DNA of 64,000 bases from an uncultured Planctomycetota bacterium. Its GTDB lineage: Bacteria > Planctomycetota > Planctomycetia > Pirellulales > Lacipirellulaceae. The translations under genes were made by a program, and so were the position numbers. The DNA is taken from contig CAVRBU010000018.1 in NCBI GenBank assembly GCA_963719315.1, positions 1 through 64,000 of the forward strand, written 5' to 3'. The notes beneath the pieces are model-generated. The model did no database searches. It saw only the letters and a list, made by a program, of their open reading frames with translations, and was not told where the DNA came from. Of the stretch, positions 35,098 to 46,457 are shown piece after piece; the first letter of the stretch is position 1; every line of letters starts with the position of its first letter.

Positions 35098-35841
35098 CTA
35101 TGCCGCCCCACCCAGGCCGACGTGCATGCCTTCGCCGAAATAGTATTTGCGGGCTTCGGGGTGGTTGAGCACCTCGTTTCGCTTGCCGTGACAGAGCACC
35201 TGGCCGGCGCGGATCACGTAGGCGCGATCGGTAATTTCAAGCGTTTCGCGGACCTGGTGGTCCGTAATCAGGATCGCGATGCCGCGATCGCGCAGGTCGC
35301 GGATGATCGCTTGGATGCTGTCGATCGTCACGGGATCGATGCCGGTGAACGGTTCATCGAGCAGAATGATTTGCGGATCGGAAACCAGTGAGCGGGCGAT
35401 TTCAAGCCGCCGCCGCTCGCCGCCGGAGAGCGACATCGCCCGGCTGCGACGGAGCTTCGTAATTCCGAACTGCTCCATCAACTGCTCGGCACGATGATTG
35501 CGAATCTTGCGACTCATGCCGAGCATCTCCATCACGCCCAGCAAGTTTTTCTGCACGCTGAGCTTGCGGAATACGCTCGATTCCTGGGCCAGGTAGCCCA
35601 TGCCGCCGTCTTTAGCGCGGCGATACATGGGCCAATTGGTGACGTTCTGGTTGGCCAGCGTCACTTCGCCCGCATCGGGGTCGATCATGCCGCAGGCCAT
35701 CCGAAACGTAGTCGTTTTGCCGGCGCCGTTCGGCCCCAACAAGCCCACGATTTCGCCCGGATTGACCTCGAAATCGACGCCGTCCACCACGCGCCGCCGG
35801 CCATACGACTTCACCAACCCACGAACTTGTAAAAGCGCCAC
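35098..35841 (-). CDS. lptB: LPS export ABC transporter ATPase
   Basis: GPNGAGKTT, YLAQESSVFRKL, LSGGERRRLEIAR, ITDHQVRETL. Confidence 0.93.
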   Translation of the reverse strand: MALLQVRGLVKSYGRRRVVDGVDFEVNPGEIVGLLGPNGAGKTTTFRMACGMIDPDAGEVTLANQNVTNWPMYRRAKDGGMGYLAQESSVFRKLSVQKNLLGVMEMLGMSRKIRNHRAEQLMEQFGITKLRRSRAMSLSGGERRRLEIARSLVSDPQIILLDEPFTGIDPVTIDSIQAIIRDLRDRGIAILITDHQVRETLEITDRAYVIRAGQVLCHGKRNEVLNHPEARKYYFGEGMHVGLGGAA

Positions 35842-35862
35842 GATGCAAGTCCTCCATGACTT

Positions 35863-35912
35863 GGGTGTCAGGTGTCAGGTGTCGGGTGATTTCTAACTGA
35901 CACCCGACACCT
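35863..35912. repeat. Inverted heptamer repeat in the lepB-lptB spacer
   Basis: GGGTGTCAGGTGTCAGGTGTCGGGTG...CTGACACCCGACACC. Confidence 0.85.
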
Positions 35913-35914
35913 TC

Positions 35915-37780
35915 CTATCTAACCAACCTCATATCCCCAAAATTCGGAAACAACGGGAACGGGATCGGCGTGCCTGGAATGCTATTCCACGAATGGGGCC
36001 AATACACGCACAACGCTTTGCCGATCATCAGCCGCTTGTCCAAGTACGCGCCGCCCGGTCGATTGACTCGTCCGTCGCCATTGAGCCACAGTCGCGCGTC
36101 GGAACTCTCCGCGCTGTTGTCCCCCATCACGAATAGTTGCTGGTCTGAGATCGGAAAGTCCGTATGATTTCGCTCGCTGAACCGATGCCACAGCGCTGGA
36201 TTCGTCGGCAGCTCAAGGATTTGACGGTCGAGCGGATGATTGAAATCCGTGACAGTATCGTTGCCGCCGTTTCGATCCCAGCGATCGGCGATGTAATACA
36301 GGTCCCGCCAAACCTTGAGCCGGCTGACCGTCAGCTTGGCGTCGCGCGCGCCAATGCCCGCCGGGGCCAGATCGCCCAAATCCTTATCGCTCGTTTGTGG
36401 AAGAATGTTTTTGCGGTCGCCGAAGATCTTGGTTGCCTCGTAAGCCGTGCTGCCTTGAAACGATACGAGTTTTCCATCAACCCATAACAACAGTTGGTCA
36501 TCGACGTTGGCGAATGCGAGGTGATGCTTGCCCGGCCCAACGACCGACGTTTTTGCCGTCGGTGCGAAGTCCGCCAGGTTCGCAGCCGACAATTTCGCTT
36601 CGCCGCTTTTCAAGTCGATCGTACACGAAAAATGCCGTCCGCCTTCAACCAGGTCCAAAATCAGCTCGCCGCTGGCCGATTGTATATCGACATCCGCTTC
36701 GACCATCAGCTCACCGACCCAATGAAGACCTTGCTTGGTTGGATCGACTTGCAGACTGCCTTGAAAGCGATTCCGATCGATTCGCCCGTTGTAGGGATTG
36801 GAGTCCGTGATCAGTCGGCGCCACTGACCACGATCCTGGCCTGCATAGATTTCCTTCTTTGGCCCGCCGGCGCCATTCGCCGCAGCGGTCACTGTTTGCC
36901 AGACTTCGTTCGTCGGCACGAGATGCTCGTAGCGCAACCACGAGGTTGCGTCCCCCGTCGCATCGACGCTGTAAGTTTGTCGAACGTTTTTGCCCACGAT
37001 CGAAGCGTCGACCTTCCACTTGCCGGAGTCCCCCGGCGGGGCATTCCACCGCAACGGCCAACCCGCCGCCTGGAGCTCGGCGGGGTCGTACTCGGTATCG
37101 TGTACGAGTTGCCGCATCGAGAGAACTTTACTAGGCGGTTTCCGCTCGATCTTGAATTCGGCGTCGTCCGCCGCGCCGGCGGGCCGAATAAAAACATCAC
37201 CCTGGTATATGCGGAGCGTTTCGCCCGGCAAGCCCACGAGCCGCTTGATGTAGTTCACCTTGGCGTCGCCCGGGAACTTGAACACGACAACGTCCCACCG
37301 CTTCGGGTCGCTGAAGGCGTACAGATACTTATTGACTAAGATGCGATCCCCATTGTACGAGGGCTGGAAAGGAATGCTGGCATTTTGAGCTTCGGGCAAT
37401 CCGGCCGGCAGACCGTCGGACCGCATGAGCATCACGTAGTGACAAAGAGGGCACATCCCCGCGATGCAATTCGACGGCGGCCGACGACTTGGATCTTCGC
37501 TTTCTTCTTCGCTGGCGCTCACCTCATATTCATAGCCGCACTTCGGACACACGACGTCCTTGTGTCGGCCCATCAGCGTCGGCGCCATCGAACCGGTCGG
37601 AATGACGAACGCCTCGGCTTCGAACGTGCGGAACAAGAAAGCCAACACGAATGCAATCACGATCGACTCGACCGTCTCGCGAAAGGCGTGCGATTTCACC
37701 TTCGGCGCGGCGGGCGCCGATCGCGGCGGCGTCTTTGCCTTCGTCTCGAACGGCATCAATGGTTTCTTGGGCTTGGGCAT
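35915..37780 (-). CDS. lepB: Signal peptidase I, long form with large insertion
   Basis: IPTGSMAPTL, GDRILVNK, YIKRLVGLPGE, VMGDNS..SSDAR. Confidence 0.92.
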   Translation of the reverse strand: MPKPKKPLMPFETKAKTPPRSAPAAPKVKSHAFRETVESIVIAFVLAFLFRTFEAEAFVIPTGSMAPTLMGRHKDVVCPKCGYEYEVSASEEESEDPSRRPPSNCIAGMCPLCHYVMLMRSDGLPAGLPEAQNASIPFQPSYNGDRILVNKYLYAFSDPKRWDVVVFKFPGDAKVNYIKRLVGLPGETLRIYQGDVFIRPAGAADDAEFKIERKPPSKVLSMRQLVHDTEYDPAELQAAGWPLRWNAPPGDSGKWKVDASIVGKNVRQTYSVDATGDATSWLRYEHLVPTNEVWQTVTAAANGAGGPKKEIYAGQDRGQWRRLITDSNPYNGRIDRNRFQGSLQVDPTKQGLHWVGELMVEADVDIQSASGELILDLVEGGRHFSCTIDLKSGEAKLSAANLADFAPTAKTSVVGPGKHHLAFANVDDQLLLWVDGKLVSFQGSTAYEATKIFGDRKNILPQTSDKDLGDLAPAGIGARDAKLTVSRLKVWRDLYYIADRWDRNGGNDTVTDFNHPLDRQILELPTNPALWHRFSERNHTDFPISDQQLFVMGDNSAESSDARLWLNGDGRVNRPGGAYLDKRLMIGKALCVYWPHSWNSIPGTPIPFPLFPNFGDMRLVR

Positions 37781-37788
37781 AGTTCTCT

Positions 37789-37860
37789 GTGGGAGGCCTC
37801 TCGGAGGCCGATGGATTTTTTGAATCGCTTGTCTGCTTCGGCGTCGAAGCCGCCTCCCAC
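37789..37860. repeat. REP-like inverted pair
   Basis: GTGGGAGGCCTCTCGGAGGCCGA...TCGGCGTCGAAGCCGCCTCCCAC. Confidence 0.65.
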
Positions 37861-37980
37861 AATTCCGTTGGTGGCTGGGGTCGAGTCCGCCGCGGCGGAC
37901 GAGCCCCCAGCGACGCTGAAGACGCGGCTCGGCCGCCCAAGATTATTCGCTGGCGGGCTGTAAATATAGGTCAACTACCC

Positions 37981-38711
37981 TCAAATGTGGTTTTCCCCGG
38001 CGATCGGCGTGTTCGGCGAGGTCGCTAGCAGCCGATTGTGTCTTCTGGCCAGCCGTAACGCCGTCCTTCGAGGGCCCTCGGCTAACTCGCGTCGCGTGCG
38101 AAAAAACGCCTGCTCGATCCGCTTCGTCACTAGTTCTGTAAGCTCCTCGTCGGACATTTGTTCATATTGCGTCGCCGTAACGGGCGTTTCGAACGCCAGG
38201 CAAATTGCGTGGGGCCGCACAAAAACATGCCCCGCGGCAGGGCGGCGAACGCCCCATCAAGCGCGGCCGGTACGATCGTCGCCCCACTCCGGCGGGCCAA
38301 CAGGACGAAACCCGGCAACATTTCGTGCAACTCGCCGTCCGGCGTCCGCGAACCTTCCGGAAACACCAGCACCGCGTTGCCTGCTTTGAGCAACTCGAGT
38401 GTCTTCCGAATGCCGGCTAGCGCACCCCGCTCGCGATCGATCGGCACCGCGCCGAGCGCGCGAATCCACAAGTTGAACGGGAAAAAAAATAATCCGATCC
38501 GGGCGAGATACTTCAACTGCCGCGGACTCGCCAAGCCCACGAGCACCGGGTCGAGATTGCTTTGATGGTTCGAAACGACCAGCAAGGGACCCGTGAACGG
38601 TATCTGGCTCTTGCCCGAAAAGCGGTAGCGAAAAAACGTCTGGCTGAGTGCATAGCAAGGGCACCACAATATCGCGTACCACAACCACGCTATCCATTTT
38701 TGACTGCTCAT
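37981..38711 (-). CDS. plsC: 1-acyl-sn-glycerol-3-phosphate acyltransferase (frameshift ~38222)
   Basis: NHQSNLD and FPEGSR motifs; overlaps the cmk stop. Confidence 0.85.
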
Positions 38712-39355
38712 TGCTTCGATCGCACGATCTGTTCGAGCTTGGCAACCACTTCGTCCGGCGTCAGGCCGTCGGTGGAAACTTCAATCGCATCATCAGCCTG
38801 AATCAGCGCCCCAACCGGCCGCGACAAATCGCGGTGGTCGCGCAACTGCTGATTGGCCAGCACTTCGTCGAACGGAATATTTTCACCGCGGGCCAACAAA
38901 TCGGCGTGCCGCCGCCGGGCCCGCTCTTCCTCGGCGGCCGTCAGGAAGATTTTGCACTCCGCATTGGGAAAAACGACGGTCCCCTGGTCGCGGCCCTCCG
39001 TCACCACGTCATCGCGTGCCGCCGCCGTTCGCTGCCACGCGACGAGTTGATTCCGGACCGCCGAGTTATCGGCCGCATAATGAATGGCCGTCGTTATTTC
39101 GAACTTCCGAATCGCGGCCGTCACATCTTTGCCATCCAGCAACACGCGGTCGCCCACCAGCTCGACGCGAATCTCACGCACCATCCGCGCGAGCGCATCG
39201 CCATCGGCCAGGTCGAGGCCCCGCTCGCGGGCAGCCAGCGTCACGGCCCGATACATCGCTCCCGTATCCAGAAATCGAAACTCCAGCCGCCGGGCCAACT
39301 CGCGAGCCGCGCTACTCTTCCCTGCCCCGGCTGGTCCGTCGATGGTTACAATCAT
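38708..39355 (-). CDS. cmk: Cytidylate kinase
   Basis: IDGPAGAGKS, LDTGAMYRA, EGRDQGTVVFP, FLTA..EERA.RR. Confidence 0.95.
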   Translation of the reverse strand: MIVTIDGPAGAGKSSAARELARRLEFRFLDTGAMYRAVTLAARERGLDLADGDALARMVREIRVELVGDRVLLDGKDVTAAIRKFEITTAIHYAADNSAVRNQLVAWQRTAAARDDVVTEGRDQGTVVFPNAECKIFLTAAEEERARRRHADLLARGENIPFDEVLANQQLRDHRDLSRPVGALIQADDAIEVSTDGLTPDEVVAKLEQIVRSKQ

Positions 39356-39362
39356 GTGTGAA

Positions 39363-39468
39363 AGTCGAGGGTCGAGGGTCGAGGGCCAGAACGACAAAAA
39401 GGCGACGCGTCGCTCGTCGATGATGTCTAGGTCATTCCCTAGACCCTCGACGCTCAACCCGCGACCTG
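39363..39468. repeat. Inverted heptamer repeats (GTCGAGG)n / (CCTCGAC)n upstream of cmk
   Basis: GTCGAGGGTCGAGGGTCGAGGG...CCCTAGACCCTCGACGCTCAACCC. Confidence 0.75.
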
Positions 39469-42144
39469 CTCCCACTCCGCTTCAATTTGAACCCAGCGAT
39501 ACGGCCCAAGGTCGATCTCCGCGCGGCCGTCGACCACTGATAATACTTCAATTTCGTTGCCGCGAAAATCTGTCGTGCGCGCGGTCGCAAAGGGGCGGAA
39601 CGCCGAAAGGCCCGCGCGCGTCTCGCGGCCTTCGGTTTCGAGCAGCCGCACTCGGATCCCGGAAGCCGGCGCGCCGAGCGACGACACGTGCGTCAACAAC
39701 GTGCCTTTCGCCGCAGTGTGCAAAAACCATCCTCGCGGCGAATTTTGCGAACCCGGTAACTCGGCGAGGCACGGTTGGCCTGCCGTGAGCGTGCTGACCG
39801 CGGCGCGAGTCGGAAACGGCCGATCCAAACCAATCGCGAATTGAAACCGTCGCCGCTCTTCGCCGGCCACCACCAGCAATGTATCGAGCCAGTTCGGGGC
39901 CGAGCGCCGATGGAACGGCAGGCCGAGCGCGAAGCAGGTCACCCGGCCGGCGACGTCGTCGATCTCAACCCACTCCGGCGACTCGATTTGTTCCCGCTCC
40001 GTTTCGCGGGCCGTCCACTGCTGGCCACGCCGCACTGTGAGCGCCTCTTCGGCCCAGGCCAGCCGGCTCGCAAAGTACGATTGCCAGATATCGCCGGCGG
40101 GCACTTGCTGCGGATCGAGTTCGACATCCACAAGAATCGCCGCCAATCCGCGGACGGCGCGAACCCGCTGCGTGAAGCGGGCCAACTGCTTATTCCGCCC
40201 ATCCAGCAAGCGGCCCGTGGACGTGAACTCGCCGATCAAAGCGTCGTTGCGAGAAACTTCGACCCGATCCGCAACCATTTGCGATTCCACGGCCGAGCCG
40301 CCGCTTTCGTGGTGAAACACCAGCCGCTGCGAGACGCGCGTGCTGCGATCGCCGTGCGTGCGCAGCGATTGAATGCCGCCCGTTTTTTTGCTGATGATCA
40401 GCTCCAGTCGCTCGTTCCGCAGCGTCAGATCCTCGACGAGCGGCACGGCAGAAGTGGCCGCCACGGACCCAATAGCCGCGTAGCCGCAACCCAGCACGCC
40501 GGGCAATAGCACTCCGTTGCCAACACTCGTGCCGGTCGAAGGCCGCGCATCGAAATCGAACGGATCGACGCCGACGATCTGGCCGCACTCGAAGTTCCAC
40601 GGATTGATTGCGACAGTTTCCGCCGTAGCGGAATTCGCCGGAGTGCCGATGTTGTCCGCGTCGGTCTGAAGCCTTGCGGTTTCAACTGCGGGTTCGGTCA
40701 ACTTCAGACCAGCCAACTCAGCTAGGCCCGCGCCAAGCTGCCGCTGCACCGCCTTCACATCCGCGCGATATGAATCGACTTGCGACGAAATCGCGTTCGG
40801 ATTGCCGGCGGGCGATTGGTTCGGATACTCGCGCGGGAAAAACGTCGTCCAATCATCCGGCTCACGGGTGATGCTAAAGTACTCGTCGAGCGTTACGAGT
40901 TTGCCCAGTACGCCGCCAAATCGCGCGACGCGCCGCAAGTCGTCGAAATACTCGCTCTCCACACCGGGCCAGGCGGCCAGCACGATCGTGGCAACATGAT
41001 CGTGCGCAAGTGAATCGCCCACGCGCTCGGCCAGCTTGAGCCAGGTTTCCGCCCGCCCAGCATCCAGCGGCGTGGCCGAAAGCGCTTCGATCGAACGCTC
41101 GGAATTTGCGCCCCAATTGGTTTTGCGCTGATCGGCCCGCGGAAGCTGGTGACCGTCGAACGACGCGTGTAGCACGCCGCGAAATCCCATATTCTTCAGC
41201 ACTTCCGGCAACAAATGCGAAAAAGCCGTGTCGTATTGGCCGAATACTTCGTACTCTCGCCCCAAATGCTCGCGGGCCACCGCCTGACCCTTTACCAAAT
41301 TCGCCAACAAACTCTCCGGCGATTGATAACCAACGACCGCGCTGCGGTACGCGCCGCCAACGATCGACGCCGTTCCGGCCTCTACCGCCTGCTTCATCTC
41401 GGCCAGCGTATCGGGGTGCTCGCGCGCGATCCGCTCGATCTGCTCGCCCGTGACCAGCAAACTCGTCGCGCTCCGCGTCGCCAGTTTTGCCCGCAGCGAT
41501 TCGCCCAACGTCGAATCCGCCAATAGCGTGATATCGACGACGTAGAAGTCCACCGAGTACACGTGGTTCCGCGCGTCGGCCAGCAGGTCGAAAGCGCGGA
41601 TCAATTCATCGTGCGCCGTTTCGAGATTACCGGCCACGGCTGCCGTGGCAGCGGCCACGGCGGCCGTCTCAAAGTGTTCCGTATCGAGCACAGAGCTGTA
41701 TCGCATTGCGCGGGTCAGCAATTCAACCTGCAAATACGCGAACCCTAGCGCCAGAAAATCGGCGGTCGTATTTGCATCGACTCGATTCGAATCGAGTCCT
41801 GCGCCGCCCAACAACGCGGCGACCGTCTCGCGGCGCGACGCCACGCTTTCCACCGGCGGCGGATTGTTCGGCGCCGTCGCCCGCAATCGATCGCACCAAT
41901 CGCCCGGCATTCGCTCTCGGCTCGGCGGCGGCACGAGTACCAACTCGTTTTCGAGCGAGGCCGGGTCGGGCGGCTCCTCGGCCGGATGCCAGCCGGGCAC
42001 CCGGCTGGTTGTGGCCAAAACGGCCGGATGCCAGAGCGCGGTCCAGGCCGCGAGCAACTCGGCCGCGGCCTCGTCGCCGAGGTGGGTCGGGAAATCATCC
42101 CAGCTCTGACAAGGCAAAATTACCGAGGCGCGTCGAATAGTCAT
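39454..42144 (-). CDS. Large hypothetical protein, glycoside hydrolase family 38-like architecture
   Basis: ~900-aa ORF; C-terminal LRNE.LEL..GGIQS and IRVRLLETEG beta domains resemble GH38 C-termini. Confidence 0.55.
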   Translation of the reverse strand: MTIRRASVILPCQSWDDFPTHLGDEAAAELLAAWTALWHPAVLATTSRVPGWHPAEEPPDPASLENELVLVPPPSRERMPGDWCDRLRATAPNNPPPVESVASRRETVAALLGGAGLDSNRVDANTTADFLALGFAYLQVELLTRAMRYSSVLDTEHFETAAVAAATAAVAGNLETAHDELIRAFDLLADARNHVYSVDFYVVDITLLADSTLGESLRAKLATRSATSLLVTGEQIERIAREHPDTLAEMKQAVEAGTASIVGGAYRSAVVGYQSPESLLANLVKGQAVAREHLGREYEVFGQYDTAFSHLLPEVLKNMGFRGVLHASFDGHQLPRADQRKTNWGANSERSIEALSATPLDAGRAETWLKLAERVGDSLAHDHVATIVLAAWPGVESEYFDDLRRVARFGGVLGKLVTLDEYFSITREPDDWTTFFPREYPNQSPAGNPNAISSQVDSYRADVKAVQRQLGAGLAELAGLKLTEPAVETARLQTDADNIGTPANSATAETVAINPWNFECGQIVGVDPFDFDARPSTGTSVGNGVLLPGVLGCGYAAIGSVAATSAVPLVEDLTLRNERLELIISKKTGGIQSLRTHGDRSTRVSQRLVFHHESGGSAVESQMVADRVEVSRNDALIGEFTSTGRLLDGRNKQLARFTQRVRAVRGLAAILVDVELDPQQVPAGDIWQSYFASRLAWAEEALTVRRGQQWTARETEREQIESPEWVEIDDVAGRVTCFALGLPFHRRSAPNWLDTLLVVAGEERRRFQFAIGLDRPFPTRAAVSTLTAGQPCLAELPGSQNSPRGWFLHTAAKGTLLTHVSSLGAPASGIRVRLLETEGRETRAGLSAFRPFATARTTDFRGNEIEVLSVVDGRAEIDLGPYRWVQIEAEWEQVAG

Positions 42145-42530
42145 GGTCGTAACATAATATCTCACCAAGTTTTAAGGCGAAAGTTGCTCTCCGGTCGAAG
42201 ACCGTCGGAACTCGAACCAGCCTGACCGCCTTCTGCCGCCCGCCCGACATTTTTCACCTCCCGCCCAACATTGCTACCCAATCCCAAATCAACGAGTAGA
42301 ATGAAGAGTGCCGGTAGTCCGCCCAGGCCCGATCTGCATTGCGGGTGGGTGCCGGCTGCGCTACGTAACGTCTTTTCAGTACACTTGTTGGGGAACTGGG
42401 GCGATTGCATCGACCATGCTTTCGCCGCGCGCCGGTCGGCACGAACTCCACCCACCAAGTTGCAATAGGTTTCGAGGCGCCCGTCGAACGACAGGATGGC
42501 GGCGGGTTAATGGGATAGAGGTTCTCGGCT

Positions 42531-44871
42531 ATGGCGAAGAGCAACGCCGTTTGGGGCATCGATATCGGGCAATGCGCGCTGAAAGCGCTGCGTTGCCGGC
42601 CGCACGAAAAGGACGACAACGGATTGGTTGTCGAGGCCTTCGACTATATCGAATATCCCAAAATCCTCACCCAGCCCGAAGCCAATCGCGACGAGCTCAT
42701 CAAAGAGGCGCTCGATCAATTCATCTCGCGCAACGACGTGGCCGGCGAGAGCGTGGCCATCGCCGTTCCTGGCCAAAGCGGTTTGGCCCGCTTCATCAAG
42801 TTGCCGCCGGTCGAGCGCAAGAAAATTCCCGATATCGTCAAGTACGAAGCGCGGCAACAGATTCCGTTCGCGCTCGAAGACGTCGTCTGGGACTACCAGC
42901 CCCTCGTCGGCAGCGAAGACGAAGGCTACGCGATCGAAACAGAAGTCGGCCTGTTCGCGATGAAGCGCGATCAAGTGGCCCGCGCGCTCAAACCGCTCGA
43001 ACAAGCCGGCATCCCGGTCGAAATCATCCAGCTAGCGCCGCTCGCAATTTACAATTTCGTTTGCTACGACCGGCTGAATGTCGAAGGCGCTTACGATCCG
43101 GCGAACCCGCCGCCCTCCACGGTCATCATTTCGCTCGGCACCGATACGACCGACCTCGTCATCACGAACGGCTATCGAGTTTGGCAGCGGAGCATCCCCA
43201 TCGGTGGGAATCACTTTACCAAGGCGCTTACCAAAGAGCTCAAGCTCACGTTCGCCAAGGCCGAGCACCTCAAACGCAACGCCATGAAGGCCGAGAACCC
43301 GAAGGCCGTGTTCCAGGCGATGCGGCCCGTGTTCAGCGATCTGGTCGCCGAAATCCAGCGCTCGATCGGCTTTTTCACGAGCAACAATCGCAACGCCAAG
43401 CTGGGCGATATGGTCGCGCTCGGCAACCCGATGAAGTTGCCCGGTCTGCAACGCTTCTTGTCGCAGAATCTCGATCAAGAGGTCAAGCTGCTCGACCAGT
43501 TCAACAATCTCGTGGGCGGCACGGCGACCGCTGGGCCGCAGTTCAAAGACAACCAGCTCACGTTCGGCGTCGCGTATGGTTTGTGCGTGCAAGCGCTCGA
43601 TACGCGCAGCTCCGCACCAACTTGCTGCCGCAGGAAATCGTGACCACGCGGCTGGTGAAGGCCAAGAAGCCGTGGGCCGTCGCGGCGGTTGCCCTACTGC
43701 TGCTGGGGCTGACGATCAATTACTTCGGTCACTATCTATCCCTTTTGAGCGCCGATACGACCGATCCGCAGATGTCCCAAGCCCTTACTTCGGCCAAGTC
43801 CACGGCGGCAGAAGCCAAGAAGTTGGCCGATGATCACAGCGCGCTGAAAACCGAATTCGAGCGCATCTCGGCGATTGGCGAAAGTCTGCAAAGCAACGTG
43901 GATGGCCGATTGCTGTGGCTCGAAGTATTGAAGGCAATCGAGGCCGCGCTCCCCAAAGACACGCGTCCACCCGAGCAGCATCAAGAAACCGAAGAGGACA
44001 TTGCCAAGCGACCGGAACTGCACATTCAATCGATGGATTGCGAGTACTTTGCCGACCTGACACCGTGGCACGCCAGCATTGAGAAGTATTTGATGAAGTC
44101 GGGAGCGCCGCCGCGCCCGCCGCGCAACCGGAAGCGCCGGGCGACGCGAACGCGGCCACTTCCGCCGATGGCCAGCCCGTGCCCGAGGCGCCGCCGGGCA
44201 CGCCGCCCGCAGGCGAAGCCGCGCCGCCGGAGCCGCCGCCGCCGGCAGATACCGCCGCAACCACTCCGCCCGCCGAAGGCGCTCTCCCTGCGGTCGATCC
44301 AGTCACTGGCCAACCGATCGAAGGCGCGGCCGGCACGGGCTTAGCAGCCGGTGGCTGGGTGATCGAGCTCAAAGGCTATCATTTGCACAACAATCTGCCC
44401 GACAAGAATATCAACGTCGGCGACGAAGGCGAACAATTCGTGACTCACACCCTGCTCAAAAGCCTTCGAACCGGTAGCGTGATGCTCCCGGATGGCCCCG
44501 GCGGAAAGCTCATCGAGGTTCCGATTGCGGATCTGGGCATCCAATACCCCGTCGTGGTTACGCAACTCAAGACCCAGACCGTGACGTACATGGCCGAACC
44601 GATCGACCCCAATAGCCCCGGCGGCATGCCAATGGCGGGGCCCGGTCTGGAATTGTCGGGCGCCGCGATCGGCGGCGTTCCGGGGCAACAAGTTCCGAAG
44701 ACATTCAAGTTGCGCCAGTACGATTTCATTGTTCAATTCTGCTGGCAGCCCGAGCCGCGCGGCAAGCGGATCGAGAAGATGGCTCAAAAGAAAAATGCCG
44801 CGCCTGCTGCGGCCGAGCCTAGCACTGCCGCCGTCGGCACCGAGCCGGACGGAACCGGCCCTAGTTCGTAG
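42531..44871 (+). CDS. pilM: Type IV pilus assembly protein PilM fused to a PilN-like TM/periplasmic part (frameshifts ~43605 and ~44100)
   Basis: WGIDIG actin-like start, YEARQQIPF, IGGNHFT, AEIQRSIGFF, then NLLP motif and a TM helix. Confidence 0.85.
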
Positions 44872-44881
44872 GAGTTCGTCA

Positions 44882-46398
44882 ATGGATCAAGTTCGCACGA
44901 TTCTTAGTTGGTTGCAGCGCCAACACTTCTGGGTGTTGTCGGGCGTCGTCGCGCTGATCGGGTTCGTTTGCTGGTGGAGCGCCGCGCGAAAATTGACCGC
45001 CCTCTACGACACGAACCAAAAGACGATCACCGCGGAATTTGGAAATCTGAAACAAGTCCGCGATACGCCGTTCCATCCCAACCAGGCGATCATCGAGCGG
45101 CAAGAAGCCGAGAAGAAGAAGCAAGAAGAGAGCGTCACCAAGCTCTGGCAGCAGCTTTACGATCGGCAGCGCGCCCAAGTGTTGCAATGGCCGACGGCGC
45201 TCAACAAGGCCTTTCGCGATGCCGTCGAAAAAATGCAATTCAACGACGACATTCCGCCCGAGCTGCGCAATCACTACCAGAACTACATCGAACGCCATTA
45301 TCCGGAAATGCCGAAGATGATCGGCGCTCGCCCGCTCGAAGCGACTGCCGGAGCCGGCGGCGGCTTCAATGAATTTAGTCGCGGCAACAGGTTTGAAGCC
45401 GAGGGCGGATCGGGGCTCGCGCCCGGAACCATGCCCGAGGACAACGACTACATCTGCGAATGGTCGGATCAGGATCAAAGCATCGTCCGTTCGGAACTGG
45501 ACTTTCCGGAACGACCCTCGTCGCTGCGAATCTGGGTGACGCAAGAGGATCTGTGGGTCTACGAAACCTTGCTCGATGTGATCGCCAAAACCAACCGGGC
45601 GGCCAACGCCACGCGAATGACCAACGCGGCGGTAAAAGTTGTCTATTCCTTGGAAGTCGGCAGCCGCGCGCGCCCTACAGCCGGCAGCCGGATCGCCTGG
45701 CCGTCAAACCGGCCGTCCCGGCGGCAACCATGGGACCAGAAGGCGGCCCAGCGGGCGCGGCGATGGGCGTCGAAGGCGGAGAAGCGCGACAAAGGATGAT
45801 GCCGGGCGAAGGTCGCGGAGGAGGAATGTACGGCAACACCGCGATGTCTCCCGCCCAAGAACAAACCTATCTGCTCTCGGGCCGATACTTGGACGACAAG
45901 GGCCTGCCAATTCCCGTCGGCGGTGCCGCGGCCGGCCCCGAGGGAGGTCCGCTCCCCACTCCCGATGGAGCCGCCGATCTCGGACCACCGCCGACCGTCG
46001 ATCTGGCCCAGTTTGGCGTCGCATACAAACGGTTGCCCGTGCGGATGGTTCTGCAGATGGACGTCCGTTGGCTGCCGCAGCTCATTACGGCTTGCGCGAA
46101 CGAACCGCTTCGGGTAGAAGTGCAGGAAGTCCGCATTAATCCGTCCGATCTGTCCGGCATGACTTCGGGATTTGGTGGCGGCGGAGGACGATTCGGCGGG
46201 TTCGGCGAACGCGGGTCGTCCGGCGGCGGGGGCGCCAGCGGCGCTAACTTGTTTCCAGACCACTCCGGCATCCAGAACTTCCCCGCGCAACCAAACGTCG
46301 TCGAAGTCGTGATCCAAGGCACCATTTACATCTTCAACAAACCCAATCTGAATCTACTGCAGGCGCCGGGCGGCGCGGCAGTCGCCGTGCAACCATAA
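44882..46398 (+). CDS. Membrane-anchored hypothetical protein of the pil cluster (frameshift ~45665)
   Basis: N-terminal TM, coiled coil, TQEDLWV, KRLPVRM, LRVEVQEVRIN. Confidence 0.7.
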
Positions 46399-46457
46399 GA
46401 TTCGAACGACCGTACCGTGCTGCATTCGCGGTGATGTGATTTTCCAAGGAGCATGCA